Positions 37,711-49,690 of a stretch of 64,000 bases of DNA are shown in pieces. Source of the stretch: Heptranchias perlo (lineage: Eukaryota); NCBI RefSeq assembly GCF_035084215.1, contig NC_090338.1, positions 15,438,001-15,502,000 of the forward strand, read 5' to 3'. Every line of letters begins with the position of its first letter. The stretch's first letter is position 1. The position numbers and the translations under genes are program-made. The notes under the pieces are model-generated. The model saw only the letters and a list, made by a program, of their open reading frames with translations, ran no database searches and was not told the DNA's origin.

Positions 37711-38423
37711 ATTTTGTTTAAGGCAAGTCGTTGACCCCCTGGTGTGGGAATGTGTAGCATGTTCATTATTGTGAACTCATACACAAAGTCAGGTTGCACT
37801 GATTGAAATAAGTGAATCTGATCATATCTGTTACTCTGTATGTTCACTCGCTGTTAAATGAAACAGTGTAACAATTCATTACTTACCTTGTATCACCAAG
37901 GTTTTTTTTGATCCACCTTCAAATTGACTAAAGCAGTACACATGAAAGGGGGTCTTATTCTTACACCCCTGGGTTATGTTATCATATAGTCAGATATTGG
38001 GCCGTATGAGAACATCCCTAAATGTACGACACTGAGACCACTTTTGTGAGTGACCAGCACAACTGCACCCAAGAGAATATCTCAGGAAAGATGCTAACCT
38101 TGTAACACATGTATTGGGTACCTTTAATTTGTTTGTATTTCTCCATTCCAATATAGACCGGAATGGCATTTTCTATTATTGATTGATGGATTTTATTCTT
38201 TTTGATTGATACATGTGAATCGACGAGAATCCATTGAGTCCACCTGGTTGGCGACATCAACTCTTAATGTCACCATTTTTATTTACACCCATTTTCCAGG
38301 GCAAAAACAAGGACTCCATTCTGCAGGAAAATCCCAGTGGTCTCTGTGTTCCCTGTCCTTTGTGTGGAACAGTTTTTTGTCAGTAACTACTTAATACCTA
38401 CTGCATGGTAGCTTTGGACTTAC

Positions 38424-38687
38424 CCTGATTCACATCAACATTTGTGTTTCCAGTGAGAACAATGGAGTCATTTTCCTGCACTTCCCACGTATACAAATTC
38501 TGATTTTTTGTACTGACTGTCAGATAGACTGTGTTATTCAGATGGATCTCATCAGTGTTGTTCCTCCTGTTCTGCTGAGATGAGTCTCTTTGTTTCCAGT
38601 GAAGACTGACTGTATCTGAGAGTCTGGAGATGGTACATCTGAGGGTGATGTCGCTGCCCATTACAGGCCTCTGTGAATCCGTCTCAA
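38424..38687 (-). CDS. Ig domain 6 exon (C2-like; paralog of D2; second Cys replaced by Trp)
   Basis: ITLRC..SLHW..LYTW, 264 nt, acceptor TTTTTTTACAG, donor G|GTAAGT. Confidence 0.9.
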
Positions 38688-38713
38688 CTGTAAAAAAAAT
38701 GACGTGAGATTTA

Positions 38714-40753
38714 GGGCCCGATATTACCAGGGCGGCGGGTTCGCGGGGGGGGGGCGATTGGGCACGTGGGTAATGCGCCCAGTGAAATCAGTCTGCCCCG
38801 CTCGCAATCGCAGGCTAATTGGATCCACTTACCTCTTGTTCCGGGTTCCCCGCTGCTAAGCTGCGCGGCGGGCGGACTGCGCATGCGCAGTAAGGTCTGT
38901 CAGCTGGAGGAGCTCTATTTAAAGGGGCAGTCCTCCACTGACTGATGCTGCAAGAAATAGGAAAAATTACAGCATGGAGCAACCCAGAGGGAAGGCTGCT
39001 CCCAGGTTTAATGATGCCTCACTCCAGGTATCATTGGATGGGATGAGGAGGAGGGGGAGGACAGAGATTTTCCCCCCGGCGGGCAGGAGGAAGTAGCCTG
39101 CCTCTGCCACCAAGAAGGCCTGGCTCGAGGTGGCAGAGGAGGTCACCTGCACCAACAACATATCGCCCACCTGCATACCGTGCAGGAGGCGCTGCAATGA
39201 CCGAAGTAGGTCAGCCAAAATGAGTACACGTACTCATTCTCCTACACTCCGTCTGCCACATCACTGCCCCCACCCCACATCTCCTTCTGCACAGCCAACA
39301 CTACTCTGTCACATCACCCCTCACACCCACTCAAACCTCATCCTCATCTTCCCTGCACTTACTCACCTCGCCAGTACTCATCCCGCCACTACCACTCAAC
39401 TCAATCCTCCTACAATCTCATGGCTCTATCTCATACTCACCCTCTCATGCATCTCTTTCACAGTCAGCCTCACTCAACCTGCCACTACCTGTGCTGCAGC
39501 CACAGGGCATGCATCACATATGTGCAGTAGGAAGCGTAAGGCAAACGTGTCGTGAGCATGAAGGAGATGCACAAGGGTGTTTGAGGGTTTGTCATGGTTT
39601 TTACTTATATTTAATTTCTGATCAACTCACATCACATATTATATTGGCACCACTACAGCCACGTCTTTGGAATCTTGTCTGGTTTGTGCAATAATGCCCT
39701 TTCCTGAGGATCACAATGAAGACCCACACCTGATGCCACCCATTGTGTCACTGCAGAGTGGGTGTAGGTGTATTTGCAGGGCTCTTTTGTGCAGACGACT
39801 GAGACACGTCGGCGATGTCCCCGGTGGCACCCTGGAAGGATGCGGAGGAGAAGTTGTTGAGGGCAGTGGTGACTTTGACAGCGTCAGGTAAGAAGATGGT
39901 GCTCGGGCCAGCCGGGAGCAGCTCGGCATGAAGGAGGCTGCAGATGTCCATGACTACATGTCGAATGACTCTGAGCCTCCGTGTGCATTGCTGCTTAGAG
40001 AGGTCCAGGAAGCTGAGCCTCGGTCTGTGGACCCTGTGGCGAGGGTAGTGCCCTCTGCGACGCAATTCTCTCTGCGGATGCCCTCCCTCCTGCTGTGCAG
40101 GTGGATGTGTCACAGCACTGTGTTGTGGAGCTCCACGTGTCAGAGGTGGACGGCGTGGCCGGTGAGGCTGGTGATGCTGTTCGCCGTCCGAGGAGGTCAT
40201 GACTGCAGCCGGAAGATGTACATCTGAGGGGGTCCGTAAGGTAGGTACATGTGTCTGGACACCGGGGTAAGTGTGCAAGTTGGTGAATTTTATTGTTAGG
40301 AGGAGGGTGGTGGAGGCCAAACTTTGTCCAAAGTGACAGAGTGGCCTCCTGCAATGAGTAAGGGTCTCCCCCCTCCCCCCCACCTGTCAAATGGACCTTT
40401 GCAGCTGCCACAGGCTGGTGGCTGCATCACGTCCATTTCAACTAGGAATGTTTTCCCCAGTACGGGAAACAGTCCCAGTTGTTTGTAAAATCCCAACCGT
40501 CCTAAAATATCTCGTTAATTAGGTCTGTATATGACCTGAAATACCAAAATAAATAGCTTAAGTGGCACCCCCCTGGCTTTAATTGCCGGCGGGAGTCCCA
40601 CATGCGGGTTGCTGTGCGCGCATGTCAATGCATCTGTGGGAAACCCAGAAGTGGGCAGGTTGGAGCCGGGCTCCCGCCCCGCCCCGGGAATCCTCGATTT
40701 TCGGAGCCCCCCCGCCAGGAATGCACCCGATCACGGGTGCTAAAATAGAGCCC
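38714..40753. mobile_element. Internally deleted Harbinger element, 2040 bp (same family as 28144-30183)
   Basis: TIR GGGCCCGATATTA/TAAAATAGAGCCC, TSD TTA at 38711-38713 and 40754-40756. Confidence 0.88.
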
Positions 40754-40889
40754 TTAGTTTTCCATAAATGTAAACTTTCTAAACTATTGCATTCAGAATT
40801 TTCTTTTTACTACGAACAGACTGAGTCAGACAATTGCTAAACAGTTGTGCTTAGTGCTGACAATCAACATTTCCCAGATAGTATCCACT

Positions 40890-41190
40890 TGTCCCCCTTG
40901 GCCCCCTCCTCTTCCTCATTTACATACTGCTCCTTGGCAACATCATCCAAAGACATTGGGTCAGCTTCCACATGTATATTGATGACACCCAGCTCTACTT
41001 CTCCACCACCTCTCTCGACCACTCCACTGCCTCTATGCTCTCAAGTCACTTGTCTAACATCTGGTCTTGGATGAGCTGCAATTTCTTCCAATTAAATATT
41101 GGGAGAACCGAAACCAGCGTATTCCGCCCTCTTCACGACCTCCATACCCTCACCATCAGCTCCAACTCCCTTCCTAGCCATTGTCTCAGG
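40890..41190 (+). mobile_element. L2-like LINE RT fragment
   Basis: MYIDDTQLYFS...WMSCNFFQLNIGRTE. Confidence 0.7.
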
Positions 41191-41437
41191 AATTTTAGCA
41201 AGTTGGGCAAATATTTACAAACAAATGCTAATTCTAACAATCAAAATTACTAGCCCTTAGTGCATAAACTAGTTCTAATGCTGACAGGATTTATACTCAC
41301 CTGACTGTTTTTACTGAGATGTTCATTCTGTGCTGGGTGATAGAACTGGAGGATCCCAACATTCTGTTCGGAATATATGTGGAGTTACTCACAGAAAATC
41401 ATAATGTTGAACCCTCTCTAGTCCTTGTCCCACTTAC

Positions 41438-41782
41438 CTTTGATCCCAAATATTTCGTACTGTTTCAGGGTTTTGTTACTGGGCTGTGTCTGAGTCCAGG
41501 TGAACAATCCCGCAAGTTCAAAGGTGGGGTTTCTGATTCTCAGATTAAGGGTACCCCAGTCCTCACGTATCCTCTGAGAAATGCCTGGTATCTTATTGTA
41601 ATCATCACTCCATTGTACGGCCCACCGCTGACCTTCTCTGTGAAAAGTGCCCAATTGCTTTGTAGTTTGTTGTCCTGAGTGTGGTCTCCATTCCCAGACA
41701 ATGGGGCCATTTCCAGGAAAATCTGGCCCTTTAATTACAAAGTTGCCTTCCTGATGGAAAAAATAAATATAATTGGGGCTTC
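41438..41782 (-). CDS. Ig domain 5 exon (V-like, no cysteines; paralog of D1)
   Basis: Open 345 nt, GSPNYIYFF...VIKGPDFPGNGPIVWEW...LNLRIRNPTFELAGLFTW...EIFGIK. Acceptor TTTCTTGCAG, donor G|GTAAGT. Confidence 0.9.
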
Positions 41783-43838
41783 CTGCAAGAAAGGAGAACA
41801 AACATTTTAAAATTAGATAGCAATCTCCTCAATCCGATCTGTGTAATTATTAATAGTGTGGAGAATTTGTTTTCAGTAAGTTGTTAGTTATCATTCATTT
41901 CAGCACATACACAGCCCAGTAAGGAGCTGTATAGAAGAAAGTGACTTTCACCTATTATAAAGGATTATTGTTTCTCAGACATTCTCTCAGCCCCCATAGC
42001 TTTAACAAAAACAAAAACTTACATTTGTATTGCACATTTAATGAAGAAAACATTCCAAGACTCTTCACAAAGAGTGGAAAAATAGATAAAATGATTAAAA
42101 GACAACAAGCAATGATGTGAAAATTAGGAAATGTAACTGAACATTCAAAAATATGGGTTTGGAGAATGTTTTTATAGGAGCATGGAGAAATGGAGAGGTG
42201 AAGAGATTTTGTGGTAATTCCAGACTGTGACTGAAGACTCTCCCATCAATGGTAGTCATGGTTTTGAGGGAAGTGGTGGAGAGGGAGAGCTGGGTGTCCT
42301 CAACATACATATGGAAGGTAACCCTATGCATGATGTCACCGAGGAGCAGCATGTAGATAAGGATGAGGAGGGAACTATATACTTGGCAATAACCAGCTGT
42401 CTGTTTCAACCTAATCCATTTTTTGCTTTTCCACAGGTATTTGGTCTGTTCATGCAACAAGGGCAGAGAAAAGCTCCAGAACTTTAGGTGGACTTTCTTA
42501 CCCTCCATATGGTGGGGAGCATATTCTGGACCATTTCACACCATCGCCCTGTGATCAAATATCCCTAACACTCCAGGTCATCCTAGACCACTGCAAAATC
42601 TCCTCCTCCAGCACATACCACCTCTTCAGACTTCACTTCCCCACAGCCTCCATTGTGATCTTTGATAAAAAATGCAAAGAGTTCATGGACTTTTTTGTCC
42701 AAAATCAAGGCAGCCTCTGCCTCCTCTGCTCCCTCCTGTCCCCGATCTGACACACTGCTCAGTGATCCTAGGAGTAGATGAGGAAGAAATTTGCTGATCT
42801 TCCAAGGGTTGCTAAGGTAATTGTGCTCACAGTTTGCCTCCTTATATATTCTTACCTTCCAATTCATGCTATCAGCACTTCAAGGTGGGACAATGCACAG
42901 CTCTCTGGCAACTCTTCACCCACTTTCCAAATGCACAGAAACATTGTAAGATTTAACACGCTGCCAACATAAAATATCTACATACTGCATGTTCACAAAA
43001 GTTGGATGGTAGGCTTGACACTAGAGTGGAATTGTATCTGCTTTTCCCAATTCCAGCATGTCTCTTTTGTATCTGCTTGCATATGTGAACAGTTTTTTAT
43101 CTAAATGGGACCGCCCATGCTCACTGACTCAGAGTAAATTCAACAATTCTGCACACCCAGTGTAGTTTCTTTTGACAACAAAATGCAGCACAATCTGGAT
43201 CCTTTGGATATCCACCCTAAAATCAATCTACCCCAATATCCTTGAACATTTTTCCCCTTCCCACGATTTGCCTGTGGAGTTCCCAAATGAATTCATTTAC
43301 TTATATTATAATGAGAGCTAGTAACACTGCAGCCTTGAGTTTCCTGTTTTTACACTCACAATGCATTGGCCCCAAGTTAGAATGAGAGTGATGAGGCACA
43401 GATGTTTCCAGTTTCAGCTGAGACAGGCAGAAAAGAAGAGTTTTTCTGAGCCTGAAGAGTGGAGAGTTTCAATTGCAATGTTTGCAGCTGGGAAATACAT
43501 TTTACTGTGATTTTTTTGGACATTCTGCCTCAGCATTCTGATTAATTTTGGATCAGAAAACCAATGGAAACGGCTCCATTTTGCCGTCAACAATAAATGC
43601 TTGCCCTAGTTCAGTGTGTTTACCAAGAGCGTAGCTGAGACATACAGACCAGGAAGTTTCCAGGCTTGATCCCAGGCGGTGCTGAGTTATCTCAAGGTAA
43701 ATTTTCTGAGGCTCTGCAACACTGGTAGAGCCTCACACACAGGATATAAAGGAGGAGTTACTTCTGGCAAAAAAGAACAACAAGTGACAAGAATATTCTG
43801 TTGTGATAAGTTAAAAGAGCAAAACCTGAGACACTTAC

Positions 43839-44108
43839 CACTGGGCTCCAGATAGTACGGGACTAAAACCAAAGGCCTGTTTTGATAAAACAAAGCACAT
43901 ATCCAGTTCCCTCTGCCTCTGTCAACTTTCTGAATATTCAGTCTCAATGATTTCTCTTCCCCATTCCATCCATTCAATGTTTTATTTCCTACAGTTTTGC
44001 CATCACTATTGATCCAAACAAGTCGGATTGACTCAATGACATCAGAGACAGAACAGGTCAGGGTAACGGTGTCTCCCTCAGTCACTGCATCAGATGGTTC
44101 AGCTATGA
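43839..44108 (-). CDS. Ig domain 4 exon (C2-like, W-x-C)
   Basis: VTLTC..RLVW..GNWIC, 270 nt, acceptor TTACTCAG, donor G|GTAAGT. Confidence 0.9.
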
Positions 44109-44186
44109 CTGAGTAAACAAGAAAATCATTTAGATTTTACACAATGAATTTATCACTGAAAACAACAGCAACATTCAGTCTCGTAC

Positions 44187-44540
44187 CTTTAACTATGATT
44201 AGTTTAACGGTCACCAATTTATGTCGTCCCAGAGAACATGTGTAAACTCCGGCATCTTCAAACAGTACAGGGACAATCCTCACACTGAAGTTCTTGCCAT
44301 TAAAATTTGCCATTGTGGGAACCAGTCGATTCCCAAAGTAGCTCCTGTTTACATTGATGAGCTCAGATTTCGAAGCAGATGCTATTTTTTTCTCCTGACT
44401 CTGAAGATGATGTGACTTCCAGGCCCATGCAGCAGTATCGTAAGAATAAACATAATTATTATAATAATCATAGCAAATCAGGTAGAAGTCACTGTGATCT
44501 GTGCCTGACCGATAAAGTGTGTAACTTTTAGAATATAAAC
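44187..44540 (-). CDS. Ig domain 3 exon (V-set)
   Basis: Open 354 nt, absent from the ORF track: GLYSKSYTLYRSGTDHSDFYLICYDYYNNYVYSYDTAAWAW...FGNRL...FSVRIVPVLFEDAGVYTCSLG...VKLIIVK. Acceptor TTCTATTGCAG, donor G|GTACGA. Confidence 0.9.
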
Positions 44541-44855
44541 CTGCAATAGAAAGACAGAGAACAAATTGTTAGAATTTTTCAGTTACTGAGTTACAGAGAA
44601 AAGAAAGAATAATTAACGGCCACAATTATATAAAACAAATTTGTGTTTTGATCATCATAACTTCATTTGATGAAGTTTTTGTTAAAGTTATGAACTGTTT
44701 ATGAATTGTACAGCATGGGTGAATTCAATTCCCAAAAGGCAATAGAAATTTTTAAATAATGAATCCTTTTTGATTTTTAATATGATGAGATTTTTGTGCC
44801 ATGAATGACTCCATGACATCACACGCCCAATGTTATGAGTTTCGGTCAGTAACAT

Positions 44856-47800
44856 GGGGTAGGATTTCAATATTCCGGTGGGATGCCAGCGGGGGGGGTG
44901 GTCACTCTGCACGTGGGAAACCTGAAAAAAAATTCCACCTTTCTCCATCCGGTCACGACCTAATTGGTGGCCCTTAACGTGGTTTCCGGGTTTGCCGTCT
45001 GAAAGCTGCGCGGCGGGCGGACTGCGCATCCGCATGACCTGCTGTCAGCTGGAGTGTCTGTAGTTAAAGGACCACTGATGCAATGGCTTTTGTTGGGGAA
45101 ATTAGGAATTCTGAAGAAAATGGAGCAGGCGAGGTGCAAGCCTGCCCTACAGTTCAGTGATGCCTCACTTGAGGTGTTGCTGGCCGGGGTGAGGAGAAGA
45201 AGGGAAATATTCTACCCAGCGGACAGAAGGAAGTGCCCTGCCTCTGCCACCAAGAAGGCTTGGCTTGAGGTGGCAGAGGAGGTGACCAGCAGGAGCAACA
45301 TCTCGCGCACTTGGGTGCGGTGTAGGAAGCACTTCAGTGTCCTAACCAGGTCAAGAAAAGTGAGTACACTTACTGATTCACCTGCATTCTGTGGTGTACA
45401 TCACCCCCATGCCTCACATTCTGCCCTGCCAAGCCTACTCCATCACATCACTCCTCACACCTACTTAAGGCTCGTCGTCAACTTACCTTCACTTTCTGAG
45501 CACTTCCTCACCTCCCCATTTGTGAACCCACCACTCCGACTCACCCCAATCCTGATGCAATGTGATTAATCTGTCTGATACTCACCCTCTGATGCACCTC
45601 TTTTTCATTGGCAGCCTCACACTAAGCAATTCATCCATCGGGTGACCATTCACCCTCACTCGCTCACACATCTGTACTTTCTGCCCTTGGAGAAGAGAGC
45701 TCATGCACGGGAGTGGGCAAGGACTGGACGAGGGCCACAACAAATGGTGGACCTCACAGAGGCGGAGGAGGAGGCCTTAGAACTTAACCTCACGGTTGAG
45801 AGCCTCTCCCTCAAGGATGCCGAGACTGGCACCCCACAAATGTCTTGTGACAGAACTTTAACATTCATCACACACAACATGAATTGATGTTATTAATGAT
45901 TGACATGTTGAACACCTCAGTATGCTCATCGCAACATTACATCTGTGATGATTCTTAATATCGCCTTCTGTTCTCTTCCAGGCCCTTCAGACACTGAAGT
46001 GACAGGAGAGGGCGACTCTTCAGAGGAGCTCCTGGCCTCTGAGGGCACACCGTCACATCTTAGTGAGTCATGTAACAGCGCAGATACTCACACCTCGGTG
46101 GGCCCTAGTAGTCAGTTAGTTGCGTTGGCACCTGGTGAGTCACCACACACAAGTGAGCACGAGCAGACGCTGGTGGCAGGGTAGCTGTGGAGAGTCCACG
46201 TCGGTGGGCGCACTCCTCTCCAGGTTCTGCTCAGCTGGATGCAGATGCTGAACCCCAGGGGCCATCCTTTAAAAGGAGAATAATCGAGGGACAACATCAC
46301 CATTGCGAGGTACTGGAAAATATGCCACGCACACTCTCCACAATAGCGGAGAGGATGGAAGAGTCCACCTCCAGCACTCTTGGACTGTTGGCGCAGATAA
46401 GTGCGGGAATATCTGCGATGGAGAGAATGGCAGCCTCCATTGAGCTTCAAACCCGGCTCACAAATGATTCCCTTCAGGACCTGACAACAGCCGTGCAGAC
46501 ACAGGACAAACTCCATTCTGCTGCCTTAAATAGGCTGCCAGAGACATTAGAAGTGGCCTTACAAGGCATCACACATGTCCTCCAAGCTGTTGTCCAGCAG
46601 AATGGTGGGAGTGATGTAGCCCTGGCCCAGAAGAGGGACGATGGTGAAAAGGGACGTGGAAGTGAGAACTCCACTCAAAGTGCTCCCATGTCTCATCCGT
46701 TGCCCCCCTCTCAACTAATATCCACAATGCTGCCTCCTCTCCAGGTGGCCGAGTTTGGCCCTGCACAGGTGCAGGTGGAGCAGTCTTTGGAGGGGCCCTC
46801 ACGGGCTCCAAAACCCAGAGGGCGTAGGCTTAAAGCATCTGAGCAGTCAGGGCATGAACATGAGCCACTACCTCTGCTACAGCCACAGGGGATGCACCAC
46901 ATAGACGTAGTAGGAAGCGAAAGGCTGAGGTTTTGTGATCACAAATATGTTTGACAGAGTGTCATGTTTTTCATTTATATTTGGTTTTTGTTTCAGGAAC
47001 ATTAAATCTTATAATTGTCACCACCACTGCCACGTCTTGCCCATTCTTGCATCCCTTTTGTCAAGGGGCCTTTCATGTGCTTCATCATGAACGGTGAACC
47101 TTGATGCCACCCAGTGGGTGCGTTTACAATGGGTGTATGTGTGGTTGTGAGAATGTATTGTGCAGGAGGTGGGGGTGGGGGGTGCTGGTGTTGGCGGTGC
47201 TCATTCCAGGTGGTCTGAGAACTTGACTATCCTCACTTTGCAGATCTCCTTATGAGAATTTATCAAATATGAGTGACTCCCTGGCCTAACGAGCAGCCAG
47301 GTGAGCCATTGGTCCACCGTCCTCCTCCTCATTGTCCTCGTCCTTGTCGTCGTCATCGTCCTCGTCGTCAATGTTGATGTCAGATGTGGATGCTTCATGA
47401 GGACAAGGGACCTCATCCACCGGTAACCCTCTCTGTTGAGCAAGACGCAACAGACGACTATGATTCGATCCACTCTTGCTGGTGCGAATTGGAGGGCTCC
47501 TCAGATCAATCGAGGCACCGAAAATGGACCTTTAGCAGTCCTATCGCATGTTCAATGACAGACCTGGTGGTGATGTGAATGTCGTTGTGCCGCCGCAGTG
47601 CCTCGCTGAAGGGATTTCTCGCAAGTGTCATGAGCCACGTCTGCAGGTGATATCCCTTGTCTCCGAGGAGCAAACCCTAAGTCTGTTTGGTGCTTGGAAA
47701 AGGGCTGGAATGTTGGATTCCTGCACAATGAAGGCTCTGAGCCTTCGTTGGCACTGCTCTTCAGAGAGGTCCAGGAAGCTCAGCCTCTGTCTGTAGACCC

Positions 47801-48505
47801 TCTCACAAGGGTAGTGCCCCCTGCGACATCGAGCCCCCTGTTCCCCTTTCTGCAGGTCCCTGTGGCGTACCTCTGTCTTGTGGAGCTAAGTGGTGGAACT
47901 ACACGCCATGCCTGCCATGGATGGTGATTTGCCTCCTCCTCGGGTGTACTGGTGAATGCAGCCATTGCGCCCCCCCATCCTGATTTTGTCAGTTTGAGGG
48001 GGTCCAAAAAGTAGATAAATATGTGTAAACAGAAGAATTCTGAGTATGAACCAAGAATTCTCAGTCTAAACGCAAAGAACTCCCAGCCAAAAGTTTGTCT
48101 GAGAGAACTGAGTGCCCTACTGCAATAACTCACCTTTTATCCCCATCTGTCAAACAGAGATTTAAATGACCAAATGGCTGCCGGCTGCAACCCGCCTAAT
48201 TGCCATGGCGTGTTTCACACAGCACGGGAAACACGTTGAGGCCGAGTTAAAATCCTTTCCCTGCATCAATAAATATGAAATTAATCATTTCAACAATATT
48301 AAATACCTTAATTCCTGCTTTAAATATCGTCCCGCCGGCTTTAATTGCCGGTGGAACTTCCGGCTTCCTGAAGCACACCCGATGCATCTGGGTCGCACAC
48401 GTTTTCGGCGGGTTGGAGCCAGGATTCCTTCCCGCTCCAGAAATCCGCGATTTGATTGCTCCCCAGCCCCCAATGCACCCGGACTTCGGGGCTAAAATCG
48501 TGCCT
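44856..48505. mobile_element. PIF/Harbinger element of the 11669-15766 lineage, transposase internally deleted
   Basis: Myb/SANT gene on + at about 45120-46954, transposase remnant on - at about 47240-47970, CAT flanking both ends. Confidence 0.8.
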
Positions 48506-49690
48506 CATGGAGTCCTGCTGGTGGCAACTGCAGGTTGCGAAGAATTTTACTGACCCAAAAATAGTTTCCTTCAGGCAAGTACAATCCTCATTTACATGGA
48601 ATAATTATTCAAAGAAGGCCTTTGCAGAATTTGCCAAGGGTTTGAAAAATTCTGCCTCCAGTGCTCACCTCACCCATGTAAAACGGGCACATGTCTGCTC
48701 CATGGGCCTGACCCACTTTAACAGAAGCCTTAAAGTAAGGTCGCTGTTGTTGGAGTTGGTGGCAACTTGTAGGTTTTTTCACAGTGAACATTTGTCTCCT
48801 TCTGTATTGTACAGAGTTTATAGCTGTTTTTGTTTTCTGCAAGTTCTTTCTTTCTTTCTATTTCTGCTAAATCCTTCAATTTACTCAGCAAGATTATTGT
48901 ATTGCAGTCTTTTTAATTGCTGCTGCAATACAACTTGGCAGCTAACACAATGGGAAGGTTGGGAATACTTTACTGATTGTCCAGGGATCAATAATGATGC
49001 TTTTTTCTAACAGAAACGCGGGAGGTAATTTTGACTTTGCGCGAGTGTAAAACGGGTGATTGTGAATCAGCAGCCTGATCAGGACAGTTGTGAAATGTGC
49101 TGCCCATTCATTATCACTCATTTTACAATATCAGACAAATTCAAAATTATCCCCATGGAATTTTACAACACGAAGGCGGTCATTCAGCCCACTGTGTCAA
49201 TGCTATCCCTTTACCAGAGCAATTCAAATTAACCCCATTATTGTGCTCTCTTAAATATTCAGCTACTTTTCCCTGAAGAGATGCAATCATCTCTGCCTCA
49301 ACTAGTCCCTGTGGCAAAGTATTCTGTGCTTTAACAACCTTCTACATAATGAAATTTCTTCTAATCTTTCTGTTCATTCTCTTACTACAGTTTTATATTG
49401 ATGATCTCTCGGCCCTGGGTCCTCAGCCAGAGGAAATAATCTTTCCCTATTCATCCTATCAATTAAACCTCTTTTAAATCTCCTCTTGGCTTTCTCTGTT
49501 CCAGTAAAAATAGTCCTAGTATCTCAATACTCTTCTCATAACTATAGCTTCCATCTCTGGTATCACCCTGGAGAATCTATGCTGTCCACTCTCTATGGCT
49601 TCAATGTGCTTTCTGTAATGGTGGACCCAAAACTGCACTCTTACTGTGGCCTAAAAATTACCTTTACAAATGTATCAATATTCCTTTACT

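Noticed and set aside
41319-41678. Similar plus-strand ORFs at 41319-41678 and 54731-55090 as an antisense gene pair
   Set aside because: They are the reverse complements of the duplicated D5 and D1 exons and their flanks.
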